Shown piece after piece: positions 1-9,710 of a stretch of DNA of 64,000 nucleotides (positions are counted from its first letter, which is position 1; every line of letters starts with the position of its first letter). The position numbers and the translations under genes are program-made. The notes under the pieces were generated by a model. The model made no database searches, had not been told where the DNA came from, and worked only from the letters and a program-made list of their open reading frames with translations. Origin of the DNA: a virus; the IMG/VR virus record IMGVR_UViG_3300024265_000031; one strand, given 5' to 3'.

Positions 1-360
1 ATTTTTATGCAAATATAAAGCCTTTAAAAGAGCTACAGTAAATGCACCGCTACTTCCCAATCCACTTCCATTGGATGGCACATCGGCATGAGAAACAATT
101 TCAAGTTGGGGTGTTTGAAAATCGAGTAATTTTATACATTCCTTTATAATTGGATGTGAAATATCTTGAGGAGATTTTACATTTTCTGTTTTAGAATATT
201 TTAAAATAATTTTTTCTGTAAAAGTTCTATGAATGCTTATATAAATATATTTATTGATTGCTGCAGAGATGCAAAATCCGCCATGATTGTGAGAAAAACT
301 TCCCAAATCAGTTCCACCTCCGCCAAGCGTAATTCTCAATGGGCTACGAACAATAATCAT
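1..360 (-). CDS. GHMP-family sugar kinase (HddA-like heptose-7-phosphate kinase), 3' end runs off window
   Basis: Manual translation from ATG at 360: MIIVRSPLRITLGGGGTDL...ADVPSNGSGLGSSGAF, with the GHMP motifs PLRIxxGGGTD and PxxSGLGSS; not in ORF track because truncated. Confidence 0.9.
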   Translation of the reverse strand, partial: MIIVRSPLRITLGGGGTDLGSFSHNHGGFCISAAINKYIYISIHRTFTEKIILKYSKTENVKSPQDISHPIIKECIKLLDFQTPQLEIVSHADVPSNGSGLGSSGAFTVALLKALYLHKN

Positions 361-838
361 TGGGCAATTCCAATAGATGCTTCCAAGACTTCTCTTTCCT
401 TATATTGTATATAGTATCAATACAAACGCCATACTTACTAGCAATATTTTTAACTGTGTCAGACCTACACTCCTCTCTTATGTTCATTACCTTATTTTCA
501 TCAAGTTTTGCATAATGACTTTCTGAGCCACAAAGACTTCTTTGCCTTCCTTTATTGTCCCTATCTCTTACATTATCAATATGAGTTCCTAAATCTAAAT
601 GTCTTGGATTGCAACAGGGCGGATTGTCGCATTTATGCATAACAATAAGCCCATCTATTTCTTTTTTATAAGTTATCAAAAATGAAAATCTGTGTGCTCT
701 TACAATCTTTTTGCCCACGCCAAGTCTGCCATAATTCTTTCTGTCTTTGAAGGCTTTCCACTCCCAACACTCATCCTCAGATTTTTTATCCACATACCCC
801 CAAAATCTTTCAATATCTTTTTGATCATATTTTATCAT
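344..838 (-). CDS. HNH homing endonuclease (HNH_3 type) with C-terminal HTH
   Basis: CWEW...AHR...VMHKCDNPPCCNPRHLDLGTHIDNVRD motif. Confidence 0.92.
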   Translation of the reverse strand: MIKYDQKDIERFWGYVDKKSEDECWEWKAFKDRKNYGRLGVGKKIVRAHRFSFLITYKKEIDGLIVMHKCDNPPCCNPRHLDLGTHIDNVRDRDNKGRQRSLCGSESHYAKLDENKVMNIREECRSDTVKNIASKYGVCIDTIYNIRKEKSWKHLLELPNDYCS

Positions 839-1824
839 CTATTCACCTTATAAACTTTCTCTACAACATCCAAAACCATTCCAGCATGATATAATCCTGG
901 CTCTGGGCTTCTGTTTTCAGTAATATCTCTATAAAATTCTTTATATTCAATTCCCCAAGAGTTATCTGGTTTTGGATATTCATAATGTGTAATATCTGGA
1001 ATGCCTAAATCTGGAGACATCTTGTAATATGAAAGTCTCTCAATACCGTAAGATCCGCCTAAGCCCTCAATTTGAAGTTTTCCAGTTCTGCCATATATTT
1101 CAAATGAAAACATATTGCGCCATTCAGTACAGCTTGCATGGAGAAATGCCATTTGATCATTTTTAGTTCTGAGCCACATAAAGCCATTATCTTCTACAGG
1201 CATATCCCAAAAATAGGTGTTTGTAAATCCACCAACTTCATTAAAATTTTCCAAAAACATTAGAGAAAGGTCAATTAAATGGCTTCCCTGGTCGAGAGTT
1301 TCGCCGCCTCCTGATAGTGCTAGATTAGATCTCCATTCTTTGTTATATCCTCTTCTTCCGCCATGACCATATCTACCTCGTATAAACATAATTTGTCCAA
1401 TGCCATTATAATATTGAATAATTTTTCGTGCCTTCATAATGGCTGGATGATAACGATGATTATAACCTATCCTTACTTTAACATTGTTTTCTGTGGCTGC
1501 AGCCATAAGTTCAACAATCTCTATGGTACTTATTCCTCCTGGTTTCTCTATAAAAACATGTTTGCCAGCACTGATTGCCTTCAAAGCATTGGGAGCCAAA
1601 TAAGCATTTGGAGTACAAATAAATACAGCATCAACTGTTGATAACATGCCGTCTGTTGTTGTGGTTGCAATTGCACTCGCCCCATCTAATCCATTAACCA
1701 TCTTCTGTGCTTTGTTAATATCAGAATCTACACAAAGTTTTAATGATCCATATGGTAAATATTTAGCACGCTTATTTCCCATAAGGCCACACCCAACAAT
1801 CCCAAAGCGCAAACTATCTACCAT
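835..1824 (-). CDS. Gfo/Idh/MocA family oxidoreductase
   Basis: GIVGCGLMG Rossmann motif, HVFIEKP, GYNHRYHP, GGGETLDQGSHLID. Confidence 0.92.
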   Translation of the reverse strand: MVDSLRFGIVGCGLMGNKRAKYLPYGSLKLCVDSDINKAQKMVNGLDGASAIATTTTDGMLSTVDAVFICTPNAYLAPNALKAISAGKHVFIEKPGGISTIEIVELMAAATENNVKVRIGYNHRYHPAIMKARKIIQYYNGIGQIMFIRGRYGHGGRRGYNKEWRSNLALSGGGETLDQGSHLIDLSLMFLENFNEVGGFTNTYFWDMPVEDNGFMWLRTKNDQMAFLHASCTEWRNMFSFEIYGRTGKLQIEGLGGSYGIERLSYYKMSPDLGIPDITHYEYPKPDNSWGIEYKEFYRDITENRSPEPGLYHAGMVLDVVEKVYKVNR

Positions 1825-2659
1825 AATTTTTATCCAATGAATTTGGAATACCCCTGCAATCTCTTGCAGTCAATCTTCGCAAAGTATATACATTGCTTTC
1901 TATAATTTTTTGTTTTATTCGCAATATGTCTTCCCAATTGTCCCACATTGCGCTCATTGTTTTTCCAGTTATGCCATTGCTTTCTTCTGAAAGTAAAAAC
2001 ATAGCGAGATTAATCGCATCGCTACTAACAGAGGGGTTACGTTCTTTTACTCTTTGGGCTTTTTGATATTCTTCTTTTCCCACCAAATCAATTCCCGCAA
2101 CAAGAGTTTCTTCAGTCATATTTGAATACATTATGCCAGGAGAGACACAATTAACATCTATACCTATCTCTTTCAATTCTTCTGCAAGATTTTCAGACAG
2201 CCTAACAAGACCAGTTTTAGAAACTGCATAGGGAGAAAACATTGGTCTGGGAGAGACAGCACCTCCGCCAGACAAATTGATTATTTTACTTCCTATTTTC
2301 ATTTTAGGTATCAATATTCTCATTAACTGAAATGGTGCAGTTAAATTCGTTTGAATCGCCTTATGCCATTCCTTAGATGAAAGCATCCAAGTGTTATTAA
2401 TTTGTCCTTGAATTGCTGCATTATTAATTAGGGCATGAACAATTGGGAACGCAGTAGTTAATCTTAAACAAACACTTGAAGTTTTTTCTTCTTTAGATAA
2501 ATCACATTTGAACCACCTAATTCTTTTACTTATCAAATCTGGTTTAGTTCTAGAAATTAAGACAAGATTCGCTCCTTCATCATGGCATCTTTGTGCTATT
2601 GCCAAGCCCAATCCTCTACTGGCTCCTGTAATTACAATGTTCTTATCTTGTAGTTTCAT
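1814..2659 (-). CDS. Short-chain dehydrogenase/reductase
   Basis: TGASRGLG, NNAA, YAVSK catalytic motif. Confidence 0.92.
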   Translation of the reverse strand: MKLQDKNIVITGASRGLGLAIAQRCHDEGANLVLISRTKPDLISKRIRWFKCDLSKEEKTSSVCLRLTTAFPIVHALINNAAIQGQINNTWMLSSKEWHKAIQTNLTAPFQLMRILIPKMKIGSKIINLSGGGAVSPRPMFSPYAVSKTGLVRLSENLAEELKEIGIDVNCVSPGIMYSNMTEETLVAGIDLVGKEEYQKAQRVKERNPSVSSDAINLAMFLLSEESNGITGKTMSAMWDNWEDILRIKQKIIESNVYTLRRLTARDCRGIPNSLDKNYGR

Positions 2660-3600
2660 AAATTATTCACACAATCCTTTTCTATTAAAAAATCCAAAGT
2701 CTCTTGTATTGATTCTTTAATAGTATACTTTGGTTTCCATCCTAACGACATTATCTTTGCGATATCTAACCAAATAAATGAATTATCTCCCTTCCAACTT
2801 TCTCCAGTAAAAGAAAATTTAGGAAGTAAATTTAAATGTTCAGCTACAACTCTTGCACAATCTGTTACACTTAAATATTCATCTGTTCCCAAATTAAAAA
2901 TATTTACTTGCTCTTTTGATTTATCAATTGCTACCAACATTCCCTCAATACAGTCTTGCACATTCAAATAACTTTTACAAATGGTTCCATCTCCAATTAT
3001 TTCAAGATTATAAACATCTTCTCTCAATTTATTGTAAAAATCTACAACAAATCCCTTATGGTAATTTTTCCCAAGCAATGACACAAACCTAAATATCCAA
3101 CTTTGAAATCCATATCCTTCACAATATGCTTGTATTAAACTTTCTCCAGCTAATTTAGAAGCTCCATATAATGATGTTTGAATTGGAAATGGCGCATCTT
3201 CTGGAATAGGAACATCTTTTGTTTCTCCATATACAGACCCAGTAGAAGCAAACATAATATTTTTTATTTTATTTTTTCGCATTGCTTCTAAGATTGTAAA
3301 TGTTCCCATTGTATTTTGATTTAAGTCTTTTTCAGGAGTTTTTAATCCATACCTAACATCTGCATTTGCAGCCAAATGAAAAATAAAACCACAATCTTTC
3401 ATTGCCCATGTTAAATTTTCAAAATCTAGTATGTCACCATTTATCATACAAAAATTAGAAAATTTATATGCGTCATATAGATACTTGCTTTTCCCAGTAC
3501 TAAAATTATCATATCCTACAACTTCATATCCATCAGTTAGCAGCCTATCAACTAGGTTGCTTCCAACAAATCCTGCAGCGCCAGTAACAAACGCTTTCAT
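2656..3600 (-). CDS. NAD-dependent nucleotide-sugar epimerase/dehydratase (GalE-like extended SDR)
   Basis: TGAAGFVGS, DNFSTG, HLAAN, STGSVYGE, YGASK. Confidence 0.93.
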   Translation of the reverse strand: MKAFVTGAAGFVGSNLVDRLLTDGYEVVGYDNFSTGKSKYLYDAYKFSNFCMINGDILDFENLTWAMKDCGFIFHLAANADVRYGLKTPEKDLNQNTMGTFTILEAMRKNKIKNIMFASTGSVYGETKDVPIPEDAPFPIQTSLYGASKLAGESLIQAYCEGYGFQSWIFRFVSLLGKNYHKGFVVDFYNKLREDVYNLEIIGDGTICKSYLNVQDCIEGMLVAIDKSKEQVNIFNLGTDEYLSVTDCARVVAEHLNLLPKFSFTGESWKGDNSFIWLDIAKIMSLGWKPKYTIKESIQETLDFLIEKDCVNNL

Positions 3601-4685
3601 TCATTATATCCTTTATCAATAATTTCTTTGCATGTATTTAAAATCTTAGATACATTCTTATCTATAGTTTGATTCATTGCAAATTTATATGGTTCTTCTT
3701 TAGCAAACTTGCGATGATCATCAAGATTTTGTATCATTTCTTCTATTGTTGTGTACCAAATATTTTGTTGATTTTTTATTACTTTCCCATACTGTTTAAT
3801 ATCATCATACGATTTATTATCTGATCCAATCCAAGGAATTTTCAACAACATATATTCAAGTGGCTTAATCCAAGAACGTCTTTGATCATATTGTCCGCAG
3901 AGTGGAGCTAACCCAATGTCAAAATTAGCTAAAACTTTAGGCCATTCAGAAAATTTAACAAATTTATTATAAGTTTTCTTATCGTCTGGCAAATTAATTT
4001 TATCATATACTCTCTTATCGCCAGCAATCATAATCTTTACTTGAGGATAATTTTTACATATTTTTTGTAATGCTTTTATTATTCCACTCTCTTCAAAACT
4101 TTGCACATGAGAAAGACTTCCGCCCCATCCTATGATTATATTATCACCATTGTCTTCTTTTATAACATTTTTATAATGAGTAATATCGACATAGTTAGGA
4201 ACATAATATGCATCTGAGTACCTATCCCAATCTTTCATCAAAACTTTAGACGGTAACATAATTCCCGCCACCATTCTCAGCCCCCACTTAAATTGTGTTA
4301 GGGGCAATGGCTTTATCTCAACATCTACCTCTCCCTCTGGAGTTTTATTTTTTGCAGATCCTAAAACCCAAAATGGATAGGCAATGTTAGTGTCACGCAT
4401 CATATCATATGCATCATCAAAGTTTGCAACTATCATTTTATTACGAACTTTCCAGTACATAATCATTGTCAAATTATCACCAAAGAAATTTCTTTCAATG
4501 ATAATTATGTCTGCCTTGTTACATAGGTTTTGTACTTCTGGTGAATTTGCAGCAAATTGACCAGAATTAATTAAATAAGCCTCATTTTTCTTTGTTTTAT
4601 TAATGGCATCAACTGGCATCACACATCTCCAATTGGTGGTATTATATTCCTTGTAGGAATCCGCATAAACATATACAATTATCAA
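3597..4685 (-). CDS. Glycosyltransferase (GT-B fold, phage type)
   Basis: FDDAY, IGWGGSLSH, DIGLAPL, KPLEY motifs. Confidence 0.8.
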   Translation of the reverse strand: MIIVYVYADSYKEYNTTNWRCVMPVDAINKTKKNEAYLINSGQFAANSPEVQNLCNKADIIIIERNFFGDNLTMIMYWKVRNKMIVANFDDAYDMMRDTNIAYPFWVLGSAKNKTPEGEVDVEIKPLPLTQFKWGLRMVAGIMLPSKVLMKDWDRYSDAYYVPNYVDITHYKNVIKEDNGDNIIIGWGGSLSHVQSFEESGIIKALQKICKNYPQVKIMIAGDKRVYDKINLPDDKKTYNKFVKFSEWPKVLANFDIGLAPLCGQYDQRRSWIKPLEYMLLKIPWIGSDNKSYDDIKQYGKVIKNQQNIWYTTIEEMIQNLDDHRKFAKEEPYKFAMNQTIDKNVSKILNTCKEIIDKGYNE

Positions 4686-4725
4686 TTTTATCTCCTCATT
4701 CCACGCATATTGTTAAAAGCAAAAA

Positions 4726-4799
4726 CGCTGATGACGAGATTTGAACTCGCAAGCCTTCTGTTCGACAGACAGATGTGCTACCATTTACACCACACCAGC
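4726..4799 (-). tRNA. tRNA-Asp(GTC), no encoded CCA
   Basis: Cloverleaf: GCTGGTG/CATCAGC acceptor, TCTGT-CTGTCGA-ACAGA anticodon arm, GTTCAAATC T loop. Confidence 0.93.
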
Positions 4800-4823
4800 A
4801 CAATAAAATTTTCACTAATTCAA

Positions 4824-4852
4824 ATTATACCACACAATTGTTATTTTGTCAA
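4824..4852 (-). promoter_or_regulatory. sigma70-type promoter for tRNA-Asp and the sugar operon
   Basis: TTGACA-17-TATAAT with TG extension. Confidence 0.85.
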
Positions 4853-5039
4853 TGGTTATTTTATAATATTTCCAAATAAAATCAAAGTTTTATTTCAAAT
4901 TGTAACAAGAAACATAATACAATTCCACCTATAATAAGAAATAAAAAATTAGCTAATCCCAACACATATACAGGTAAATATAAAACTATTCCAATTAAAG
5001 CAATATTTATTATCCATTTGCCAATAATTCGTAACATAT

Positions 5040-5558
5040 TTATTTATTTTCCAATGTGTTTGTTATATCAAATAAAATTTCTTGGATTTTTCTATTGCTA
5101 TCAATGATGTGTGTAACTTCACTTTCAATTCCTTGAAAAACTCCTTGGTCTGAAAATATTCGTTTTACTATTTCCATGATTTCATCGCCTCGTTTTGCCA
5201 TACGAATTAGCCTTTCCCTTTCTGTACATTTCAAATAAAAAGATGTAATATTTAGGTTTTTCATTTTCTTTAATTGTCGTAATCCACTTGGTTCTACAAC
5301 TACAACAGCATCATTTGTGCAATCGTCTTTAGCAATGCCATAATGCCAACCACGATATGTAACGTGTTCTGCAAAAAATCCATCTTGCTTATTATACTCA
5401 AAAGCCTCTTCAGTTAAAAAATGATAGTCTTTCCCATCGTTTTCGCTGGATCTTCCTGGCCGTGTAGTGTAAGATATTATTTTATCGTATCCCAATTTTA
5501 CTAATTCGTTTTCAATAGTGCTTTTCCCTGATGCAGATTCTCCCATGAGTACAATCAT
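5040..5558 (-). CDS. gmk: Guanylate kinase
   Basis: GESASGKS P-loop, SYTTRPGRSSENDGKDYHF signature, YGI. Confidence 0.9.
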   Translation of the reverse strand: MIVLMGESASGKSTIENELVKLGYDKIISYTTRPGRSSENDGKDYHFLTEEAFEYNKQDGFFAEHVTYRGWHYGIAKDDCTNDAVVVVEPSGLRQLKKMKNLNITSFYLKCTERERLIRMAKRGDEIMEIVKRIFSDQGVFQGIESEVTHIIDSNRKIQEILFDITNTLENK

Positions 5559-6109
5559 AATTCCGCTGCTTCAATCACAAATTTGACACAATTCACTACC
5601 TTTTCCCAATTTTCTGCTATAAGAAAACCTGAAGAATTTTTTTGTTCAAGTTCATTCCAAGGTCTTGCATATAGAATTGATAATCCAGAAAAATTATTTA
5701 TATTATGTATAGCATCATCAATCATTATGTTTGCTTTGATAAGACTCTTATCGTGGCATTCAAAATAATCCATTTTATTACACTCATATCCATGGTCATT
5801 TAGCCATCTAAGTTTTCTTCCAGCAGATCCATTGGTAGAAGCTGTTGTAAAAATAACCCTATGTCCCATTCGTCTTAATCTAATTATGCCAACTTGAGAT
5901 CCTAGCACTGGATGTATGTAATCATACATGTTTGGATTTTCAATGTAATCAAGAATCTTATTCCCACATTTTGGACTAACAAACTTCTCTATGTCCCATT
6001 CAATTATATCTTGCGGACGAAGATAATCTCTGTAGTCGCGGTTATATTCAAGCAACCACCTAGAAATTAAATCAGCACACACATCATCTACATCTACCAT
6101 AACAATCAT
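5555..6109 (-). CDS. 5'(3')-deoxyribonucleotidase (HAD, NT5C family)
   Basis: DVDDVCAD, DKSLI, MIDD, PWN motifs. Confidence 0.88.
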   Translation of the reverse strand: MIVMVDVDDVCADLISRWLLEYNRDYRDYLRPQDIIEWDIEKFVSPKCGNKILDYIENPNMYDYIHPVLGSQVGIIRLRRMGHRVIFTTASTNGSAGRKLRWLNDHGYECNKMDYFECHDKSLIKANIMIDDAIHNINNFSGLSILYARPWNELEQKNSSGFLIAENWEKVVNCVKFVIEAAEL

Positions 6110-6140
6110 ATATTTTTCCTGAATAAAATAATCATTTTAT

Positions 6141-6533
6141 TTAAGTATACCACACTTCACCTTCAACTTTGTGATATTTTTTTTCATAAACAAGAACGCC
6201 CCCTTCTATTGATCCATCCTGAATAGAAAGCATAACATTTTTGTTTTTTAAAAAATCATATTCAATCTTGAGATATTTTTCAATGTTATCTTTCTGATCA
6301 TTCATGTAAAAGACAACGGTTTCAAACTTACCAAATGCATAAACATCTCTATTTAAACTAGATAAGATTGCTTCTGCATCTTCAAGTTTTGTTGTATAAA
6401 TGTTTTCATGATGTGCAAAAGTGTTTGCTGTAAAATCATGTGGCATAACAACAACTGTCTTATATATTCCTCCAAATACAGCTTGTTCTCCTATCCTTTT
6501 AGATTTAAAACCCTTTCCTTGAAAAATCAACAT
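6141..6533 (-). CDS. Hypothetical protein
   Basis: ORF with AGGAG RBS, flanked by palindromic sites. Confidence 0.7.
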   Translation of the reverse strand: MLIFQGKGFKSKRIGEQAVFGGIYKTVVVMPHDFTANTFAHHENIYTTKLEDAEAILSSLNRDVYAFGKFETVVFYMNDQKDNIEKYLKIEYDFLKNKNVMLSIQDGSIEGGVLVYEKKYHKVEGEVWYT

Positions 6534-6573
6534 TCTGTTCTCCTGATATTCAATAAAATGATCGTTTTATCTT

Positions 6574-6864
6574 TTAAAGTTTGAATTGAATTGACGAGAA
6601 CAAGTACTTATTTATAAAGGGAAACAACACTCTACCACACCACACAATACTCAACCAACCCAAAGGAAGTATAGAAACAGGAATAAAACTTGCTACAAGC
6701 CATCCGTTTTCCTTAGTGTCTTGTTTTATCATATCGGAAAAACACCATGCCAATGATGCCCAAGTTAAGAACATAGGCAATCCCATAATTAATATGATAA
6801 TTCCAATAATATAAAAAATAATTTTCCACAATATCGTATTTATTTTTCTCAATAAAATAGCCAT
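6574..6864 (-). CDS. Hypothetical membrane protein
   Basis: Two hydrophobic segments; start moved to MAILLRK to avoid overlap. Confidence 0.6.
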   Translation of the reverse strand: MAILLRKINTILWKIIFYIIGIIILIMGLPMFLTWASLAWCFSDMIKQDTKENGWLVASFIPVSILPLGWLSIVWCGRVLFPFINKYLFSSIQFKL

Positions 6865-6865
6865 T

Positions 6866-7057
6866 TTATTTATCGTCATCGTTCCAATGATTTCCAATCC
6901 ACCAAAATATAACAATAACTATTGCCGCAGAACTAAACACTAAAGTTATTATTGGTAAATCTAGCCAATCTCCATCGAACTGTGTTACACACCAAATACA
7001 ACTTGCATATGTTCCGCCGCACAAAAATGCCAATGCGTACTTTATTCCTTGTATCAT
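6866..7057 (-). CDS. Small membrane protein
   Basis: AGGAG RBS, two hydrophobic helices. Confidence 0.7.
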   Translation of the reverse strand: MIQGIKYALAFLCGGTYASCIWCVTQFDGDWLDLPIITLVFSSAAIVIVIFWWIGNHWNDDDK

Positions 7058-7066
7058 TTTATCTCC

Positions 7067-7270
7067 TCAGTTTTTATTTTCTTCTTTATTATTTGTTGCT
7101 GAATAAAAATCTTTTCCAATAAATTTAATTGTTGGAACAGCAAACAATTTTTTAGCAATTTGATTACAAATGGGACATGCTATATTTAGTTTGCTAGGAT
7201 CTTCCCAGTGTTTAAAAAGTTTTTCAAATGTTAATTCGCAAGAAGCGCATTCAAATTCATACAGAGGCAT
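7067..7270 (-). CDS. FmdB-family zinc-ribbon protein
   Basis: MPLYEFECASC...CPIC...FIGKDFY. Confidence 0.85.
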   Translation of the reverse strand: MPLYEFECASCELTFEKLFKHWEDPSKLNIACPICNQIAKKLFAVPTIKFIGKDFYSATNNKEENKN

Positions 7271-7772
7271 TTTTCTTTTTCAATTTCTTCAATGGCTTTT
7301 TAGACGTTGAATGATAAGCTCTCTTAATCACACGCATATAATGCATTCTTCCCCTATGATTATTGCCAAAAACTCTTTTCAGAGTAGCCATAGCTAGACC
7401 AAATTCTTCAGAGAATTTATCTTCTTTTGTGCATCTCACTGTAGTTTTAGTGCCATCAGGCCATAAAACAGTTGTGAATGGATCAGCAAACCAAATTTTT
7501 TCTGGTGTAAGTTGTTCAATCTTATTGAATTTCACTTGTCTTTTCCTTTTTTGTTTATTTCTATCATATATAATTTCTTCTTCTTTTGTGACTTTTACAA
7601 TATTATATTGGTTTTGAGGATATACCATATCTTCATTGTATCTGCTAGGATTTACAGCTATCCATCCACCTTTTCGTCTTCCCTTCAATTCTCCAGCCTC
7701 CAAAACTATAGTATATACTCTTCCATTGGCTAATTCTACAACCATTCCTGGTTCTAAATCTTTAAGTTTCAT
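7257..7772 (-). CDS. Hypothetical two-domain phage protein
   Basis: Likely start MKLKDLEPGMVVEL; C-terminal TTVLWPDGTKTTVRC...EFGLAMA domain common in phages. Confidence 0.7.
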   Translation of the reverse strand: MKLKDLEPGMVVELANGRVYTIVLEAGELKGRRKGGWIAVNPSRYNEDMVYPQNQYNIVKVTKEEEIIYDRNKQKRKRQVKFNKIEQLTPEKIWFADPFTTVLWPDGTKTTVRCTKEDKFSEEFGLAMATLKRVFGNNHRGRMHYMRVIKRAYHSTSKKPLKKLKKKNASV

Positions 7773-7776
7773 ATAT

Positions 7777-8232
7777 TTATTTATCCTTTTCTTGTATAAC
7801 AATTGAATCAATTTGATTTATATATGCTTCCATTACTAATCTATAACATGTCATATTCGGAAAATATTTTTTAGGATTTAAAAATTTCCAATCCTGTTCA
7901 TCTTGAAAAATTTTTCCTATTGCTGCCGCTATACCAGCAGATCTTGAAATTCCAGCAGTGCAATGAATTATCAAATAGTTGGCATTTTTCTCAGGGATAT
8001 CGTGAATAACGAATCCTACGATTTGTTCTGCGTCTCTTTTTGACATTGGAGTAGCATATTTAGTCTCGTTCCATTCAACGTCATCAAATGACATTCTTAA
8101 AATACTAATCAAAGATCCCAGTTTAATTTTTGCCCAAGGCGCATTATTATCAACAATAGATATCATAATAGAATTTTCTGGAAATTTCTCAGTTTCTTCT
8201 GCTTCTCTCTGTGACATTACTATAATTTTCAT
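7777..8232 (-). CDS. Protein-tyrosine/dual-specificity phosphatase-like protein
   Basis: HCTAGISRS (CX5R) loop, FDD acid loop, PN motif. Confidence 0.88.
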   Translation of the reverse strand: MKIIVMSQREAEETEKFPENSIMISIVDNNAPWAKIKLGSLISILRMSFDDVEWNETKYATPMSKRDAEQIVGFVIHDIPEKNANYLIIHCTAGISRSAGIAAAIGKIFQDEQDWKFLNPKKYFPNMTCYRLVMEAYINQIDSIVIQEKDK

Positions 8233-8256
8233 AATTCTCCAGATAAAATCTTGTTT

Positions 8257-9243
8257 TTATTGGGTATCGTTTTGATCCCAACTACCTTGATACAATTTCA
8301 TATGTTCAACTTCTGTTCTATCCATGATAACACGAAAATACAATTCTGTCAAGCCCTTTCGGTCTGCTGAGAAAGGCAATTCTGAATGCTCGTACCATTT
8401 ATTAAAATTTAAATCAATCTTTTCTGCTTCTTCAACCACTTGTTCGTATGAAAAGGATCCATTTTTTATTCCCAAAAGGAATTCTCTGTTATTTAATGGG
8501 AACCTAATCTCTCCAGTAAGTAAAAGCTGTCTTCCTTCTTCAATCAATCTAAATAAATGATAGGCATGTTTAGTATCATAACCATGTTTATCTTCTAAGA
8601 TTTTTCGTTCTGGGTTACGATTCTTAAACCATTGCATATAATTGTCCCATTTCTTTTTTTCAATCCTATATTCAACTTCTCTATAGATTTCATCCACTAC
8701 TGCTTCATGTAAGTATGCCTTACCAATTTTTGCAATTGCATCAAGACCTTCGCCAGAAATAAGAGGAACATCAGGTAATCCACGTTCAAATCTAGTTGGT
8801 TTTTTTGTTGGTGGATTGATAAACCATTGCCTACGTCTCTTGATCGCATTCAACTGGCTAATAGCATATCCAGAGAAAGTATACCTTGCTTTTTTGCTAA
8901 GAAACAAATGTTTATTCTCAAGTATAAGTTTCCATCTGTTATTCATATGCAAAATGTTTTCATTGGGAATGAAAAGCATTTCAATAATGTTTGGATTGGC
9001 ATCAGCACACAGTTTGAAGAATTTAGCTAATGCATAAATTGTTTTATCTTCATTTTCAAACCCGCTATCTTTTTGATCGAAGTTCATAAAGGGGTCTAAA
9101 AGAATTTCTTCTGGCGGAAGACACACTCCCCTATAATCATAGTCAGAAATCTCTGTATGTGTGCCGTATAATCTGCTGCCTGTCACACACTCAAAAATTT
9201 TAAAATCTAGATGGTCAGGATCAAACTTTATTTTTTGTTTCAT
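8257..9243 (-). CDS. Pol-beta superfamily nucleotidyltransferase (T4 NrdC.11/RlaP-like)
   Basis: GSRLYGT...SDYDYRGV, NPNIIEML, GYDTKHAYHLFRL. Confidence 0.88.
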   Translation of the reverse strand: MKQKIKFDPDHLDFKIFECVTGSRLYGTHTEISDYDYRGVCLPPEEILLDPFMNFDQKDSGFENEDKTIYALAKFFKLCADANPNIIEMLFIPNENILHMNNRWKLILENKHLFLSKKARYTFSGYAISQLNAIKRRRQWFINPPTKKPTRFERGLPDVPLISGEGLDAIAKIGKAYLHEAVVDEIYREVEYRIEKKKWDNYMQWFKNRNPERKILEDKHGYDTKHAYHLFRLIEEGRQLLLTGEIRFPLNNREFLLGIKNGSFSYEQVVEEAEKIDLNFNKWYEHSELPFSADRKGLTELYFRVIMDRTEVEHMKLYQGSWDQNDTQ

Positions 9244-9267
9244 AAAATTTTCACGGAAGTCCTTATT

Positions 9268-9489
9268 CTAAAAACAATTATTGTTTTTAAAATCTTCTGC
9301 TATTTCTTTATCTAGCAAGTCAAAATCAAATTCCCTATGTTTTGTAATTTTTCTTCTATCGCATCTTATGCATCTCTTATAGGCGGCCCAATGTCTTACT
9401 GGCATTCCAAAGTCACTATGGCCAAGATATTCTGTTTTATCCATTTTCCAAATGTGATCGCAAAAAATTTGTGTTATAAATTTTAACAT
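9268..9489 (-). CDS. Small Cys/His zinc-binding protein
   Basis: FCDHIW...CIRC. Confidence 0.65.
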   Translation of the reverse strand: MLKFITQIFCDHIWKMDKTEYLGHSDFGMPVRHWAAYKRCIRCDRRKITKHREFDFDLLDKEIAEDFKNNNCF

Positions 9490-9491
9490 AT

Positions 9492-9710
9492 TTATTTTGG
9501 AGCTCCTCTTCTTAGTTTACTATAAGGAGAATCCTTGCAATCACATGTTATGGTCTTTTCTATTGCTCCCTTTTTCAATAAAAAATGCATGTATCCATCG
9601 CAAACCCATATTTTGTCTTGAAGAATCTCGCGCTTTGAATACTCAACAATATTGTCACATTTATCCATTATTTTATTCCTTTCCAATAAAACATTCATTT
9701 TATCTGTCAT
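9492..9710 (-). CDS. Hypothetical protein
   Basis: Co-oriented, overlapping neighbour. Confidence 0.6.
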   Translation of the reverse strand: MTDKMNVLLERNKIMDKCDNIVEYSKREILQDKIWVCDGYMHFLLKKGAIEKTITCDCKDSPYSKLRRGAPK

